The notes below the pieces were generated by a model. It did no database searches. It saw nothing but the letters and a program-made list of their open reading frames with translations, and was not told the DNA's origin. The position numbers and the translations under genes are program-made. Below are positions 1 to 11,841 of a DNA stretch of 64,000 nt, piece after piece (position 1 is the stretch's first letter; every line of letters begins with the position of its first letter). Origin of the DNA: Piedraia hortae CBS 480.64 (lineage: Eukaryota); NCBI GenBank assembly GCA_010093745.1, contig MU005967.1, positions 124,001 through 188,000 of the forward strand, given 5' to 3'.

Positions 1-634
1 GGGTGTGCGGAAGACGGAGATGAAGGGCGGCAAGGAAGTTCAGGTCATGTATGACCTTGAAAACCCCATCAACTTTTCCGTCTTCCCCGGTCACCAAGGC
101 GGGCCGCATAACCACACCATTGCTGCCCTCGCCGTAGCTTTGAAGCAGGCCCAATCGCCAGAATTCAAACAGTACCAGCAGCAAGTCATCAAGAACGCAA
201 AGCAGCTGGAGAAGTCGTTTACCAACATGGGCTATACGCTCGTCACAGGTGGAACAGACAACCACATGGTTTTGTTAGACCTGAAGCCTCTAGGCCTAGA
301 CGGTGCTCGTGTCGAGGCTGTCCTCGAAGAAGTCAACATCACCTGCAACAAGAACACCACGCCCGGTGATAAATCAGCCTTGACGCCATGCGGCATTCGC
401 ATCGGAGCCCCAGCTATGACCTCCCGCGGCATGGGCGAGAAGGACTTTGATCGCATTGCGGGGTATATCAAACGTTGCATCGAGCTGACGCAAGATATCC
501 AGAAGAGTCTCCCCAAGGATGCGAACAAGCTCAAGGATTTCAAAGCGACGGTTTCCCAAGGGAACAGTGAGGAGCTGAAGAAGCTCAAGGATGATATTGC
601 GGCGTGGGCGGGGACGTTCCCTCTGCCGGTTTAG
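1..634 (+). CDS. Serine hydroxymethyltransferase, 3' part (5' end outside window)
   Basis: Motifs FSVFPGHQGGPHNH, GGTDNH, NKNTTPGD and GIRIGAPAMTSRG; stop TAG at 632-634. Cytosolic versus mitochondrial isoform cannot be resolved. Confidence 0.95.
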   Translation, partial: GVRKTEMKGGKEVQVMYDLENPINFSVFPGHQGGPHNHTIAALAVALKQAQSPEFKQYQQQVIKNAKQLEKSFTNMGYTLVTGGTDNHMVLLDLKPLGLDGARVEAVLEEVNITCNKNTTPGDKSALTPCGIRIGAPAMTSRGMGEKDFDRIAGYIKRCIELTQDIQKSLPKDANKLKDFKATVSQGNSEELKKLKDDIAAWAGTFPLPV

Positions 635-884
635 AAAAGTTTTTGAGTGGAGTTTTCAACATGTAACGATAGCCATGTAGTGTACGAGGAGCTTAACCTC
701 CTTGAAGGGGATATCATCAAACCAAAATTGTACGTTCGGTAGAAGATCTACATAACTGTGGATGGATGTCAACCACGCGGGGAACCATATCAGTCCTAAC
801 CCTAAGAACCATCCCCCGTTGGCGGACATCAGGTCAAGTGCGGTCACTTGTCATCGACCCATCCATCAGGAAAGAAGAGGAAAA

Positions 885-2288
885 ATGCCTCCTCGGTTGC
901 TTTACATTGCATCAAAACCACCAATCTCGATCTCCCAACCACAATGTTGTCTCTACCTCCTCTCAACTACTTCCAAAGGCCCCAAGAACCGCATTTCCAG
1001 ATTTAGAGCCTCACTAGGACCCAGAACGGTGCACTCCGCGAAATTCTCATCCATCACATCCAAACTAAATCCCGGGATATCTCCCAGAAAAAACACCAAT
1101 GCACCACAACCCGGAAAACCCCTCCCCTCAAGAGATGTAGAGGAAGAATACACCCCCAAATCCGCCCTCCTCTACACCACTCACTCTTCATCCCTCCCCC
1201 CCTCCGCAGACGTAAATCCTCCGAGGAGTTTATATCCTCCACCCCTCGTCCTCCCCCGTGAGGGCGGCAGCCGGATCATCCGATTATATGGACTTGGAAG
1301 GGCATACGCGAAATTCTACGTCCTGGGGGTGAAAGCTGTTTGGTTTAATTGGAAGGCTGCGAAGGTTATTAGGGAACGGTTGAGGGGGAAGGGCGGGCCA
1401 AGCGGTAGCAAGCTTAGGGAGAGCAGACGTCAAACGGGACGGGAGGACGGATCCCAAAAAACTCCATCGCTAAAACCCTCCATCAACAGCAAAAGACCCA
1501 ATCAACAAAAAGGGATAAAAGAGACTCCTCACTTTCCTCGCAGCATGGATGTGATGCCCGGCGGATCCCTCCCCCAAAGGTTGAACCTAACCCGCAGCGA
1601 AAACCTCATCCTCACCCTCTCTGCGCGGGATGTGGGTAAACTTCCCCTCTTCGCCCTCCTGGCATTAATATTCGGGGAATGGCTCGCCTTAATTGCGCCC
1701 TTCATAACCGGCCTCGTGCCGTCAACCTGTCTCTTACCCGCACAAATAAACTCCATCCGGGAGAAGAACCGGTTGAGGAGGGTACATGCCTTTAGGGATG
1801 GGGTCGTTGAACCTACGATATCTGTGGGACCTGATGAGGTTGCGGAGGTTGCGGAGCTGAGGGGGCCTGCAGCATCCGATCCTCCGCGGAAAGATTGGGC
1901 GACCACAGAACGCTCGGTTCTGCAAAAGCTGGTTTCGGAGATGAATAGAGAGCAGCTGTATTTTCTGTCACGGGTCCTGGCACTACACGGCCATTCCTGG
2001 GAGAGATGTGGTCTGATCCCGCCGCGTTGGCTTTTGAGGAGGCGGGTTAGTAAGAGATTGTATGAGGTTGGGGTTGATGATTTTTTGATGGTGAGAAGTG
2101 GGGATATAAATTTGTTGGAAGAGAGGGAGGTTGAGGGGGCTTGTGAGGAACGAGGAATTGAATTGGGATATCTGGGGATGTGGGTGGATCTGCAGAGGAG
2201 GGATCGGGGAAGGGGGGGCGCGATGGTGAAGATGTTGTTTAGACGGGGGAGGGTTTGGGGGGATATTGGGATTGAGGGGGAGGGCTAG
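885..2288 (+). CDS. LETM1-like mitochondrial inner-membrane protein
   Basis: Basic Ser/Pro-rich presequence-like N-terminus from ATG 885. Segments GRAYAKFYVLGVKAVW, DVGKLPLFALLALIFGEW, VPSTC and ACEERGI match my recollection of fungal LETM1-like proteins. Start codon uncertain. Confidence 0.65.
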   Translation: MPPRLLYIASKPPISISQPQCCLYLLSTTSKGPKNRISRFRASLGPRTVHSAKFSSITSKLNPGISPRKNTNAPQPGKPLPSRDVEEEYTPKSALLYTTHSSSLPPSADVNPPRSLYPPPLVLPREGGSRIIRLYGLGRAYAKFYVLGVKAVWFNWKAAKVIRERLRGKGGPSGSKLRESRRQTGREDGSQKTPSLKPSINSKRPNQQKGIKETPHFPRSMDVMPGGSLPQRLNLTRSENLILTLSARDVGKLPLFALLALIFGEWLALIAPFITGLVPSTCLLPAQINSIREKNRLRRVHAFRDGVVEPTISVGPDEVAEVAELRGPAASDPPRKDWATTERSVLQKLVSEMNREQLYFLSRVLALHGHSWERCGLIPPRWLLRRRVSKRLYEVGVDDFLMVRSGDINLLEEREVEGACEERGIELGYLGMWVDLQRRDRGRGGAMVKMLFRRGRVWGDIGIEGEG

Positions 2289-2462
2289 GGGTGAGTTAGA
2301 TACTCTGTGGGTTCGACTTTTCGAGGGAGGTTGGTTTGCAAGAGCTGAGAGTGGAATACAATGACTAAAAGGAGAACGCTGGCTGGGATACGGTGAATGC
2401 TGATTGTGAACATAATGGACGCTGACTGGGATACAAGGAAGCCGACTGAATACACGGCTACT

Positions 2463-4025
2463 CTACTTTCTCTCGAGAAGACTGCTCCCGCCCATTTCCT
2501 TGGGTTTATCAATGCCCATTGCATCCAGGACGGTCGGCGCAACATCGCCTAGCACACCATCCTTCTTCTTCAAACTCCACTCTTTAGGCGCATTGGCCAT
2601 GACAAACGGAACAAGATTCGTCGTGTGACTCGTCTTGGGCGTTTTCTCAGGCGTCAGCATTTCCTCGGCGTTGCCGTGATCGGCAGTGATGAAGAGTACG
2701 TAGCCGTGCTTACGACACGCTTCATATACCTTGCCAATAGCGGCGTCGGTCTCCTCGCAAGCCTTTACAGCTGCCTCGTACACTCCCGTATGTCCAACCA
2801 TGTCTGGAGGTGCGAAATTGTTCATGACAAACTCGTACTTCCCTTCTGCAATGCGCTCGCACATGCGATCTGCGACGCCCATGGCGGACATGGTTGGCTG
2901 CTTGTCGTATGTTGCCACCTTGGGCGAAGGGATCATGTCTCGGTCTTCGTTCTTGAACTGGACCTCTCGGCCTCCGTTGAAGAAGAACGTAACATGGGCA
3001 TATTTCTCAGTCTCGGCAATGTGGCACTGGTGGACTCCCTTTTGTGACAGCCAGTCTGCGAGGACATTGTCCATGACCTGCGGAGCGAATGCAATGGGAA
3101 AGTTGTAGTCTGTCTTGTACCGCGTCATGGTGGTGATGGCAAGGTTCTTGGGATAGGGAAAATCGGGCTTGGGTGAGCGGTCTTGGTCTCCAAGCAACTG
3201 GGTGATTTCACGCATACGATCGGAGCGATAATTGAAGCAGAACAAGGTGTCGTTATCATTGATGCGGGCTTCCTTGCCATTGACAATGATGGGTTTCAGA
3301 AACTCGTCTGTTTCGTCCGCATCGTAGCGTTGCTGGACAGTCTTGACTGGATCGTCACTGGCCTCGCCGTCTCCACAAACCATGGCCTTCATGGCCACTT
3401 CGATACGGTCCCAGCGCTTATCGCGGTCCATCGCGTAGTAACGACCGACAATGGTAGCCAACTCGCCAACGCCCTCTTCCTTGCAAAAAGCAAGCAGATC
3501 CTCCAAATGGCCCTTACCACTGTGAGGATCCGTATCACGCCCATCGCCGAAGAAATGGATATACACGTGCGGCACTTTCATCTCCTTGGCCACCTTTAGG
3601 AGGCTCTTGAGGTGGTTAATGTGGGAGTGAACCCCGCCGTCGCTAACCAAGCCCGCCAAATGCAGCCTCCCATCGCCCTCTTTGGCATGATTAAAGCACT
3701 TGACAACGTTTTCCACCTTGTTCATCTCACCCTTCTTGATGGTCTGGTCGATGCGGACAACATCCTGCCAGACAACACGGCCAGCCCCGATATTGAGATG
3801 TCCAACCTCGGAGTTACCCATCAGCCCTTCGGGAAGACCGACGGCGAGCGACGAGGCCTCGAGCTCCGTGTAGCCCTGAGCTGTATCGCTGCCCTTCTTC
3901 GCAAAGCCGTCCATCCAAGGAGTCTTGGCGTTGAGGATCGCGTTGCCATCGGCAGGACTCCGGTCCGAGGGAATCCCCCAGCCGTCGATGCAGATGAGAG
4001 CTACCTTTTGCTGGACTTGAACCAT
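2463..4025 (-). CDS. gpmI: 2,3-bisphosphoglycerate-independent phosphoglycerate mutase
   Basis: Motifs IDGWG, MGNSEVGH (catalytic Ser), DGGVHSH, GRYYAMDRD, AETEKYAHVTFFFNGG, PDMVGHTG and TADHGNAE; intronless 520 aa. Confidence 0.97.
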   Translation of the reverse strand: MVQVQQKVALICIDGWGIPSDRSPADGNAILNAKTPWMDGFAKKGSDTAQGYTELEASSLAVGLPEGLMGNSEVGHLNIGAGRVVWQDVVRIDQTIKKGEMNKVENVVKCFNHAKEGDGRLHLAGLVSDGGVHSHINHLKSLLKVAKEMKVPHVYIHFFGDGRDTDPHSGKGHLEDLLAFCKEEGVGELATIVGRYYAMDRDKRWDRIEVAMKAMVCGDGEASDDPVKTVQQRYDADETDEFLKPIIVNGKEARINDNDTLFCFNYRSDRMREITQLLGDQDRSPKPDFPYPKNLAITTMTRYKTDYNFPIAFAPQVMDNVLADWLSQKGVHQCHIAETEKYAHVTFFFNGGREVQFKNEDRDMIPSPKVATYDKQPTMSAMGVADRMCERIAEGKYEFVMNNFAPPDMVGHTGVYEAAVKACEETDAAIGKVYEACRKHGYVLFITADHGNAEEMLTPEKTPKTSHTTNLVPFVMANAPKEWSLKKKDGVLGDVAPTVLDAMGIDKPKEMGGSSLLERK

Positions 4026-4550
4026 TGTGGAATCTTGTCAGTGTCTTTTCCTTTGCCCCTCCATGATAATGAGGTGGGGCTTGCGTTACGTCATTGAAGG
4101 TCGTGTGAAAACGGCTGCCTTTGCCCGTCTGGTGTTCTTCAGTCCCTGTCCCTACAGCTGAGCTCCCAACCTCACAATACTACTTATTGTAGAGGTGTCA
4201 GTGCCAAGCGTTTCTACTACCATTCGGTGGCATTAGTACATTCGCCACAACGTGAGCAGATCTTTCAAAGAGGCGTTTCAACGCAACCGCCGACATCTTC
4301 CGCTCGGGTCTGTCACCTGTCATGTGAGTGTGCATCTACGAGTCATATGCGGGCCAAAGGCCAGCAGCATGAAACTCCATACTGGCACAGCCATTTATAC
4401 ATAGGTAGACTGTTAGCACACGAACAGCGAAAACCCGCCGTGTGTACATTTCCTCCAACCCCTCTTCCCTGGATGATGGTCCCTCAAGTGGAAGTTCCCC
4501 ATGCCTCAGGCACCCACCTGACTCCATCACCTCACATCACTCCTAGCATC

Positions 4551-5054
4551 ATGAACCAACCTCCCAAGATGGCGCGCAAAGACGCATCCACCACCCCAGC
4601 CGAAGCCGCAACCCCTCCGGAAGAGAATTATACCCTCCCACCCGCCGACCTGTTCGACATTCTCCCGCGCTTACACGAGATCCTGGCGCGGATAGAACCC
4701 CTTCCGGACTCAATCCTTTCAACCCCCGACCATCCCGATAATGACCAAGATATCGGAGCGGATTATATGAGCATCGTCCCCTTAGAGCCGAAAGACATGC
4801 CGGGCGCGGTGCTGGGAATGAAATCGCAACTGCGCAGGGCAGCCAAGGCCGTCGAGCAGCTGCCTGATATGGATTGTAGTGTTGAAGAGCTGGAAAAGGA
4901 GGTGGAGGCATTAGAAGCTAAACAGAAAAGGCAGAGAGAGGCCAGGAGTGCCCTTGGCCGAAAAGCCGCTGCTGCGTTGAAGGTGCTGGATGATGCTATG
5001 ATATGTAGTCCTAATGACGATACAGTAATTCGTTTCGACATACCCTCTATGTAA
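4551..5054 (+). CDS. Probable Mediator subunit 9 (Med9/Cse2-like)
   Basis: LPPADLFDILPRLHEILAR followed by LPDMDCSVEELEKEVEALE and a coiled coil, typical of fungal Med9. Start at ATG 4551 or 4569. Confidence 0.55.
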   Translation: MNQPPKMARKDASTTPAEAATPPEENYTLPPADLFDILPRLHEILARIEPLPDSILSTPDHPDNDQDIGADYMSIVPLEPKDMPGAVLGMKSQLRRAAKAVEQLPDMDCSVEELEKEVEALEAKQKRQREARSALGRKAAAALKVLDDAMICSPNDDTVIRFDIPSM

Positions 5055-5079
5055 TGTAATCTTTCAAATACGGCTTGCT

Positions 5080-6450
5080 TCAGCCAAAATGCTCCCCCCC
5101 AACCAAAGCCTCATCATCCCTCCCCAACTCATCAATCCTCTCACTCAACTCCCCCGCATCCGTAAAAACGTGCCACAAGCGTCTATCAAGCCCACGAAAC
5201 GCCTCCTCAAATCTTTCCTGCTTAACCTTCTCCGCATTCGTACCCACCCTTCGGATGAAAATCGCCCTGATCCAACCAGGAAACCTCCTCGCCGCTTCCC
5301 CGTACGCTTCGGGGTCCGACTGCAACGAATCCCCCACACAGACGAACCTACGATGAGGTAACCACGCGTGGATTTTTACCAACCTGTCGACTTTATACTT
5401 CTCCACACCCTCCTGCAAACTCGCGACCAGCCCTCCTAAATTCTGCCAGCTCGCGTCGCGGAGGATGATCGTTCCTTGGGGGTAATGAGCCCGCTCGAAG
5501 TCGCGGAGGAAGGGGTAGAGAGGGTAGGGTGATGCAGAGAGGTAGAACGTAGCTGGGTTTCTTAAAGTTTTGGAGATGTGTGCGTATAGTTCTGGCATGC
5601 CGGTTACGGGTTCAGGCTCCGCGACGGCGAAGGTGGTGTGGAGGACGGAGACGGGATCGTTGGAACCGGTGACTTTGATGGTATCGTCGATATCGGAAAT
5701 TAGACCCCAGCCGGTTTCGCCAGCGAAGACGGTTGTGCTGGACATGCCGAATGGTGGGGGGAGGTCTAGGGGGGTGGATTGGACGGTTTTGTTGTCGGGT
5801 GGTTGGATGTGTAGCTCGTGGAGTTCGGAGCTGACGCCTGCTAGGGAGGAGGGGCCCAGGGTTTGTTCTTCCATGCTGGCGATGGAGATTCTCAAGGTGC
5901 GATGGGCGAGAATTTTGCTGGCGAAGGGTTCCAGGCGGCTGGCGATGAGTTTTTTGGTGGCAATGTCTTCGCGCCCGATGTTGAGGGCTTTGACTAGTTT
6001 AGCTACTGCTTGGGATAGGTCGTTTTGGCTGTCTTTGACGAAGTAGGCGGCGACGAATTCAACTTCCCAGCCGCTGCCGCCTCGTGTGGGTTTGCCATTG
6101 CTGGTGGGTTGTGTGGTTTGGGGATTAGCTAGTTTGGCTAGGTCGGGGCGGTGGTCTCCTGCTTGGGGGGTGCGGAATGCCGTGTTGTCAAAGATCCAGA
6201 CGTTGTGGAGAGCTGGATCGACGGGTTCTGCTCGGGCCTGGGTTTTTTTAGTTTTAGGTATATTCGTCTCCTGGAATTGTCTTACCCATGGAAGGACGAC
6301 GGGAAAACGATCGAATAGGTCCGGTAGCCACTCCCGCAGATCGTCAGGTACGTCCGGAGAGAATGGCGCATCGTGCTCGATGGAGGCGCCGTTCAGAGCC
6401 TGCACGACTGCTCGGCGACCTTGTTGGAGGACATCGTATAGGAAAGTCAT
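5080..6450 (-). CDS. App1-like phosphatidate phosphatase
   Basis: WGLISDIDDTIK (DxDxT motif), FYLSASPY, VGDSLQSDPEAYGE, IFIRRV. Confidence 0.85.
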   Translation of the reverse strand: MTFLYDVLQQGRRAVVQALNGASIEHDAPFSPDVPDDLREWLPDLFDRFPVVLPWVRQFQETNIPKTKKTQARAEPVDPALHNVWIFDNTAFRTPQAGDHRPDLAKLANPQTTQPTSNGKPTRGGSGWEVEFVAAYFVKDSQNDLSQAVAKLVKALNIGREDIATKKLIASRLEPFASKILAHRTLRISIASMEEQTLGPSSLAGVSSELHELHIQPPDNKTVQSTPLDLPPPFGMSSTTVFAGETGWGLISDIDDTIKVTGSNDPVSVLHTTFAVAEPEPVTGMPELYAHISKTLRNPATFYLSASPYPLYPFLRDFERAHYPQGTIILRDASWQNLGGLVASLQEGVEKYKVDRLVKIHAWLPHRRFVCVGDSLQSDPEAYGEAARRFPGWIRAIFIRRVGTNAEKVKQERFEEAFRGLDRRLWHVFTDAGELSERIDELGRDDEALVGGEHFG

Positions 6451-6606
6451 TGCGTATGATAGGTGTGGATCGTATGTATGGATGAGTGTTGTTCGAAGGC
6501 TTGGATGAACGCGTGTGTTGAAGACTGAGGCGGATTGGTTGGTCTATTCTGCACAAATTGGTTGGCCGGGTTATATTTTGGCTTTGCCACCATACCTAAC
6601 AAGAAG

Positions 6607-6712
6607 CTCTCCTTAGCTCAGTTGGAAGAGCGTAAGACTGTAATGGATGTTGTGGGTTTGACTCGCGCGCAGAATCATCTTAAGGTCCCTGGTTCGAACC
6701 CGGGAGGGGAGA
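6607..6712 (+). tRNA. tRNA-Tyr(GTA) with 33-nt intron (6644-6676)
   Basis: Acceptor stem CTCTCCT/AGGGGAG plus discriminator A; D arm TAGCTCAGTTGGAAGAGC; anticodon stem TAAGA/TCTTA with GTA at 6640-6642; intron one base 3' of the anticodon; T arm GGTTCGAACC. Confidence 0.95.
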
Positions 6713-6713
6713 C

Positions 6714-6722
6714 TTTTTTTTT
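6714..6722 (+). terminator. RNA polymerase III oligo-T terminator
   Basis: T9 run directly downstream of the tRNA-Tyr gene. Confidence 0.8.
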
Positions 6723-7113
6723 CTCTCTCCATCGAGAGAGCCCTTGCCAGATGAGAAGTTGAAATGGGATGGAGTCAAGTTCGGGGATGAATCAATCTTT
6801 GTCCAATTTTTTTTCTCTCTTAACAACTCTCTACAGAACGAACAATGAACTGACACAGACAACATGGGTATCGATCAGTGATATTTGTGGCTATGTACTT
6901 GAGCGAAAATATGGAAAATGCTCTTCCTTGACGGTGGGATGAACTGATATCAATGCCTGAGGCATATATGCAGCTGTGACGCGGGCGGAAAGTTTGCCGA
7001 GACTAGAAATTTCGTGTAGTGCTGGTCGCCTTGCACGCGGTTGTGACGACACCACCCTCTCTGCCCGCTGATTCAAACCGTTAAGAGCAAAAACAGGTGT
7101 ACCAGAACACACA

Positions 7114-8790
7114 ATGTCGTTTGGCGGCCAGACGCCGACTATCATCGTACTGAAAGAAGGCACCGATCAATCGCAAGGTCGAGGTCAGATCGTGTCCAAC
7201 ATCAACGCGTGTTGTGCTGTGCAGAATACGATCAAGACGACGCTGGGACCCTATGGCGGTGACTTGTTGATTGTTGATGAGAATGGGAAACAGACCATAA
7301 CCAATGATGGGGCTACGGTCATGAAGCTGCTGGACATTGTCCACCCGGCCGCTCGTATATTGGTGGATATTGCGCGGTCTCAGGACGCAGAAGTTGGGGA
7401 TGGGACGACGTCTGTTGTTGTTTTGGCGGGTGAGATTTTAAGGGAGGTTAAGGAATATGTGGAACAGGGTGTGAGCAGTCAGACGATTATCAAGGGACTG
7501 CGGCGAGCGGGAGCGATGGCTGTTAACAAGGTGCAGGAGATGGCTGTTAGCACGCACGAGGGGAATCAAGAGGAAACGCTGCAGAAGCTTGCAGCTACGG
7601 CGATGAACAGCAAACTCATCCACCGTAACTCGGACTTCTTTACCAAGATGGCCGTTGATGCCGTGCTCTCGTTGGATCAGGATGATCTCAATGAGAAGCT
7701 TATTGGCATCAAGATGATCACTGGAGGTGCGTTGCAGGATTCGATATTTGTCAATGGCGTTGCTTTCAAGAAGACGTTTGCCTACGCTGGCTTCGAACAA
7801 CAGCCCAAGTCGTTCAGAAACCCGTCCATTGTCTGCTTAAACGTAGAGCTCGAGCTCAAGAGCGAAAAGGACAATGCAGAGGTGCGTGTAGAACAAGTAC
7901 GCGAGTATCAGGCCATTGTCGACGCCGAGTGGAAGATTATTTCAGACAAGATGGAGGCGCTCTACAAAACGGGGGCCAAGGTTGTTCTTTCCAAGCTGCC
8001 CATTGGCGATTTGGCCACGCAGTACTTTGCTGACCGCGACATCTTCTGTGCCGGCCGCGTCTCGTCCGAGGACATGGAACGTGTCTGCCAGGCTACGGGC
8101 GCCAGCGTTCAGTCCACGTGCTCTGATATTCAGGAGCAACATCTGGGCACCTGTGAGCGTTTCGAGGAGCGGCAGGTCGGTGGCGAGAGGTTCAATTTCT
8201 TTGAGGGCTGCCCCAAGGCAAAGACATGCACGTTGGTGCTTCGCGGCGGCGCTGAGCAGTTCATTGCCGAGGTGGAACGGTCGCTTCACGACGCCATCAT
8301 GATCGTCAAGCGTGCAATCAAGAATCACACCATCGTTGCGGGCGGTGGAGCGTGTGAGATGGAAGTTTCTGCCTATCTCCACGGCTTTGCAGACCGCAAT
8401 GTGCCCCACAAGCAACAGAGCATTATCAAGGCTTTTGCGAAAGCGCTCGAGGTGATCCCCCGCCAACTCTGTGACAATGCAGGTTTCGATGCCACCGACA
8501 TGCTTAACCGACTGCGGGTTGAGCACCGCAAAGGCCACACATGGGCCGGCATCGACTTTGATCACGAGGGAATCCGCGATAACCTCGAGGCGTTTGTCTG
8601 GGAACCAGCACTGGTAAAGATCAACGCCATCCAGGCTGCTGTTGAGGCCAGTTGTCTGATCCTTTCGGTCGACGAGACGATTAAAAACCAAGAAAGCCAA
8701 CAGCCACAGGCGCCCACGCGGGGATTGCCGCCTGGGGCTGCGCAGCGGGCAATGAGAGGAAGAGGAAGAGGAATGCCAAGAGGGAGGTGA
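7114..8790 (+). CDS. CCT7: T-complex protein 1 subunit eta (CCT7)
   Basis: [53 protein letters not shown] and a C-terminal RGRGRG tail typical of the eta subunit; intronless. Confidence 0.95.
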   Translation: MSFGGQTPTIIVLKEGTDQSQGRGQIVSNINACCAVQNTIKTTLGPYGGDLLIVDENGKQTITNDGATVMKLLDIVHPAARILVDIARSQDAEVGDGTTSVVVLAGEILREVKEYVEQGVSSQTIIKGLRRAGAMAVNKVQEMAVSTHEGNQEETLQKLAATAMNSKLIHRNSDFFTKMAVDAVLSLDQDDLNEKLIGIKMITGGALQDSIFVNGVAFKKTFAYAGFEQQPKSFRNPSIVCLNVELELKSEKDNAEVRVEQVREYQAIVDAEWKIISDKMEALYKTGAKVVLSKLPIGDLATQYFADRDIFCAGRVSSEDMERVCQATGASVQSTCSDIQEQHLGTCERFEERQVGGERFNFFEGCPKAKTCTLVLRGGAEQFIAEVERSLHDAIMIVKRAIKNHTIVAGGGACEMEVSAYLHGFADRNVPHKQQSIIKAFAKALEVIPRQLCDNAGFDATDMLNRLRVEHRKGHTWAGIDFDHEGIRDNLEAFVWEPALVKINAIQAAVEASCLILSVDETIKNQESQQPQAPTRGLPPGAAQRAMRGRGRGMPRGR

Positions 8791-9072
8791 GAGACCGGTG
8801 TGGCTTGTTTTTGATGCCTTGCTTTTTCTGGCAGAGTGGCTTAGGCCATGCCAGGTAATACAGACGAAACTGTTTCCATTTAGCGATACAAGGCTAAGCT
8901 AGCTACAAGTGGACTGAATGCTAACGTCCCGTCAAGCCCTCGATCGTCTTTGCGTCTTGCGCGTGACGTGTCCATGACTGTGGCCTTGGGCTAGACCGAG
9001 ATGCAATGTAACACCGATAGGACCGTCTGTCTGATCCCGCATGTATCACATATAACAGGCTTTCGTGTCTAT

Positions 9073-9275
9073 TGTTGTAAGGGTGGCCCCCAAGGCCGGT
9101 TCAATCCAGCAGGGTGCATGCTGGGCCAGCGGCTCCGGCCGAGCCCGGACCTTTTGGAATGGGCAACCCTTGGGTGGGAAGCGTGACCTCGAACGAATCA
9201 TGGGCCACGTTATGTAGGAAAGCGTTCTGTGGAGGAACACTCTGTGCAACACACATCGGCTTTCCCCTTCCACAA
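9073..9275 (-). ncRNA. Candidate structured RNA with H/ACA-like layout; strand and ends tentative
   Basis: Complementary pairs GGAAAGC 9217-9223/GCTTTCC 9259-9265 and GTGGCCC 9083-9089/GGGCCAC 9202-9208, with inner helices. On the minus strand ACATAA (ANANNA, 9215-9210) lies between the hairpins and ACA follows at 9078-9076. Confidence 0.3.
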
Positions 9276-9581
9276 GGAAATAGGGAACGGCCCTAAAATT
9301 AGGACGGTGAGATCTCTGTAGCCAATCAGACGGCGCATACGGCCTCAGATCGGACCCGCCGCGACCCGATCTGGTCTAGCGCAACGTCCACGTCACCGCC
9401 ACGATCGTATCGAGATTCCGCCACGTGCTTCTACAGAGATGGCGCACGTCTGAGAAAAGTTGCGCCCGATTTGTCAACGTTTGAACGCGTGTTAAGGGAG
9501 GGGGGGAGGGGTTGCAGTCTTCTTTCCCTTCAAGCATCTTTAAGTCCCACTTAGACCTTGCATCTTTGCATCTTCGACGCC

Positions 9582-11668
9582 ATGCCCCAGCAACACAAGA
9601 AGCGTGGCAGGCGCATGAAGCGCACTGCATCTGAGCGCGGTGAGGATGCATCTCCTGTCGCCGATGGACACCGCGATGTCAAGCGGCGCAAGTCCAGCAT
9701 CGATCCCCGCTATCTGCCTGACCGAAGGCTCGTTGAATTCGAACAGAATCAAGATGTGGTCCAAGAAGATGAAGCTCCAGAGCAGGAAGTGGCCTTCTTT
9801 GGCCAGCTAGATGCGGATGAGATTGAGTTTTTCCAACGTGCCGACGAGGAGCTGGCTGAAAGCTCATTCGAAAATGACGAGGACAAGCAAGCATACCTGG
9901 AGCGGGTGCACAAAGACATGGAGGGCAAGGAGCTCAAAATTGCACAGAGCCAGTCTTGTTCCCGCTTCATGGAACGCATAATCCAGCTTTCAAACGTTGT
10001 CCAGGTCAAGAGCCTTTTCCAGGCTTTCAGTGAAAAGTAAGTTGACATTGCTCTTGACATGTACAGACTCGTGCTGACGGTAAAAGCTTTGCAAAGTTGG
10101 TCACTCACAGGTCAGCGTCTCACTGCTGCGAGACTTTGTTCCGCCGAGCAAATGACCTCCTAGCCGAGGACGAGGGTGAATCCTCGATAGAACAACTGCT
10201 TGTGACAACAATGGAGGAGTTGGAAAAGAGCATCGGCTATCTCATAACCGACCAATACGCTTCTCATACTTTGAGACTGCTACTGCTGATATTCGCCGGC
10301 GAGTCATTAGACTCCCCCAAGTACATGTCACAGAGCGGTCGAAAGGAACACATGGCGGTAGCAAGATCGAACGGGCCAGAGGCGGAACCCAAGTCCAAAA
10401 CCGTTTCAAAGTCGTTTGATGGGGCATTGGAAAAGCTCCTGGCAACCAGCGCCGCCAGCTTCGACACCCCCAAGCTCCGAGCTCTGGCCACGCATACGCA
10501 CGGAGGCCCAACTCTATCTCTACTGCTTCGCCTGGAGCTGGCTCATTTTGGCAAACAAAGAGGCCGCCAGGAAGATTCCATTCTCCGCAAGCTCCTGCCG
10601 GATGATGCGGCCCAGGCAGAAGACGACAGCGCAACCTTTGTCGGCAGTCTTGTCTACGATCCCATCGGATCGTTCCTCATCGAGGAAATAATCCAACAAG
10701 CGCCCGCCAAAACATTTAAAAGCCTTTACAAGTCCGTCTTCAAGAGTCGATTAGTATCTTGGGCTCGTAACGAAACAGCCGGCTACGTTGTGTGCCGGAT
10801 CCTGGAGCGACTAGGCAAAGACGACCTCCACGAGGCCCATGAAATGCTCATTGGCTCTCTAGCCCAGCTCCTCAACCTCAACCGCGTCATGGTCATTCGC
10901 ACCCTCATCGATCGCTGCATCGCGCGAGAAATCGAGACGCAAGCAATCGCAGCCGCCATCACCGAAGCCATCCAAGGCCCCGACGACACCTTCGACCTAA
11001 ACAGATTTCTCAAATTCAACCAGGAAAGCGCCGAACCCACCCCCGACGTTGTCAAGGTCCACTTCAACCTCCTCGCCCAAGCCATGCTTTTGGCACCTGG
11101 GTCTCTAAATCGGATCATCCTCGACGCACTAAGCCACACGAACAACAAAACCATGCTCGCCATGGCCGCCGACCCCATCGTCAGCCGCACCATCCAAGTC
11201 GCTCTCTCGACCAAACATGCATCCATCATCGAACGCAGAAAACTCATCCAGCACTTTTACGGCCAAATCGGCGAGATGGCTCTTGGGAAATACTCCTCTC
11301 ACGTTGTCGACCGTATCTGGGATGGGACCTACGGTCTCGCATTCATCCGTGAACGAATCGCAGAAGAGATGGCTGAGAACGAGGATGCAATGAGGGATTC
11401 CCCGAGTGGTTCCGCCGTCTGGCATAATTGGAAGATGGATCTTTATCAGAAGAGGAGGAAAGAGTGGCTTGTTCAGAGTAAGAAGCAAGCGGGGAATGAT
11501 GGGTTTCAGTCTTTTTCGGAGATGGAGAAGAAGAAGACTCCCCTGGATTTGGCGAGGGAGAGGAGTGCGAAGAAGAAGGAGGGGGATAACGAGAATAAGA
11601 AGGGGAGGAGGAGGAAGGCTAAATCTGTGGAGACGAAGCAGACGGTGGCTGGTGCGGCTTCTACGTAG
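9582..11668 (+). CDS. NOP9: Nucleolar protein 9 (Pumilio-like repeats); exons 9582-10036, 10087-11668
   Basis: GKELKIAQSQSCSRFME, HRSASHCCETLF, YASHTLR, YSSHVVD, RERIAEEM. A 50-nt GTAAGT...CTGAC...AAG intron joins the two ORFs in frame. Confidence 0.9.
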
Positions 11669-11841
11669 CGTTGATCCATGGTGTTGAAGGTTTTGCATCG
11701 AGTCATCACAGCATTGATTTAACTTCAAAGTATAGGTAAAAATACCTGACAAGTAGCTGTCAAGGCGGCTCCCATCGGCCGAGTCCCCACAGTAAACACG
11801 ATCCACCCAAAATCTTCTACCCACACCCCAAAATCTCCAAC

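Noticed and set aside
7942..8700. Long antisense ORFs (252 aa here; also 49022-49858, 55758-56480, 59080-59739 and others)
   Set aside because: They are shadows of well-supported genes on the opposite strand, produced by codon bias, and have no recognisable motifs.
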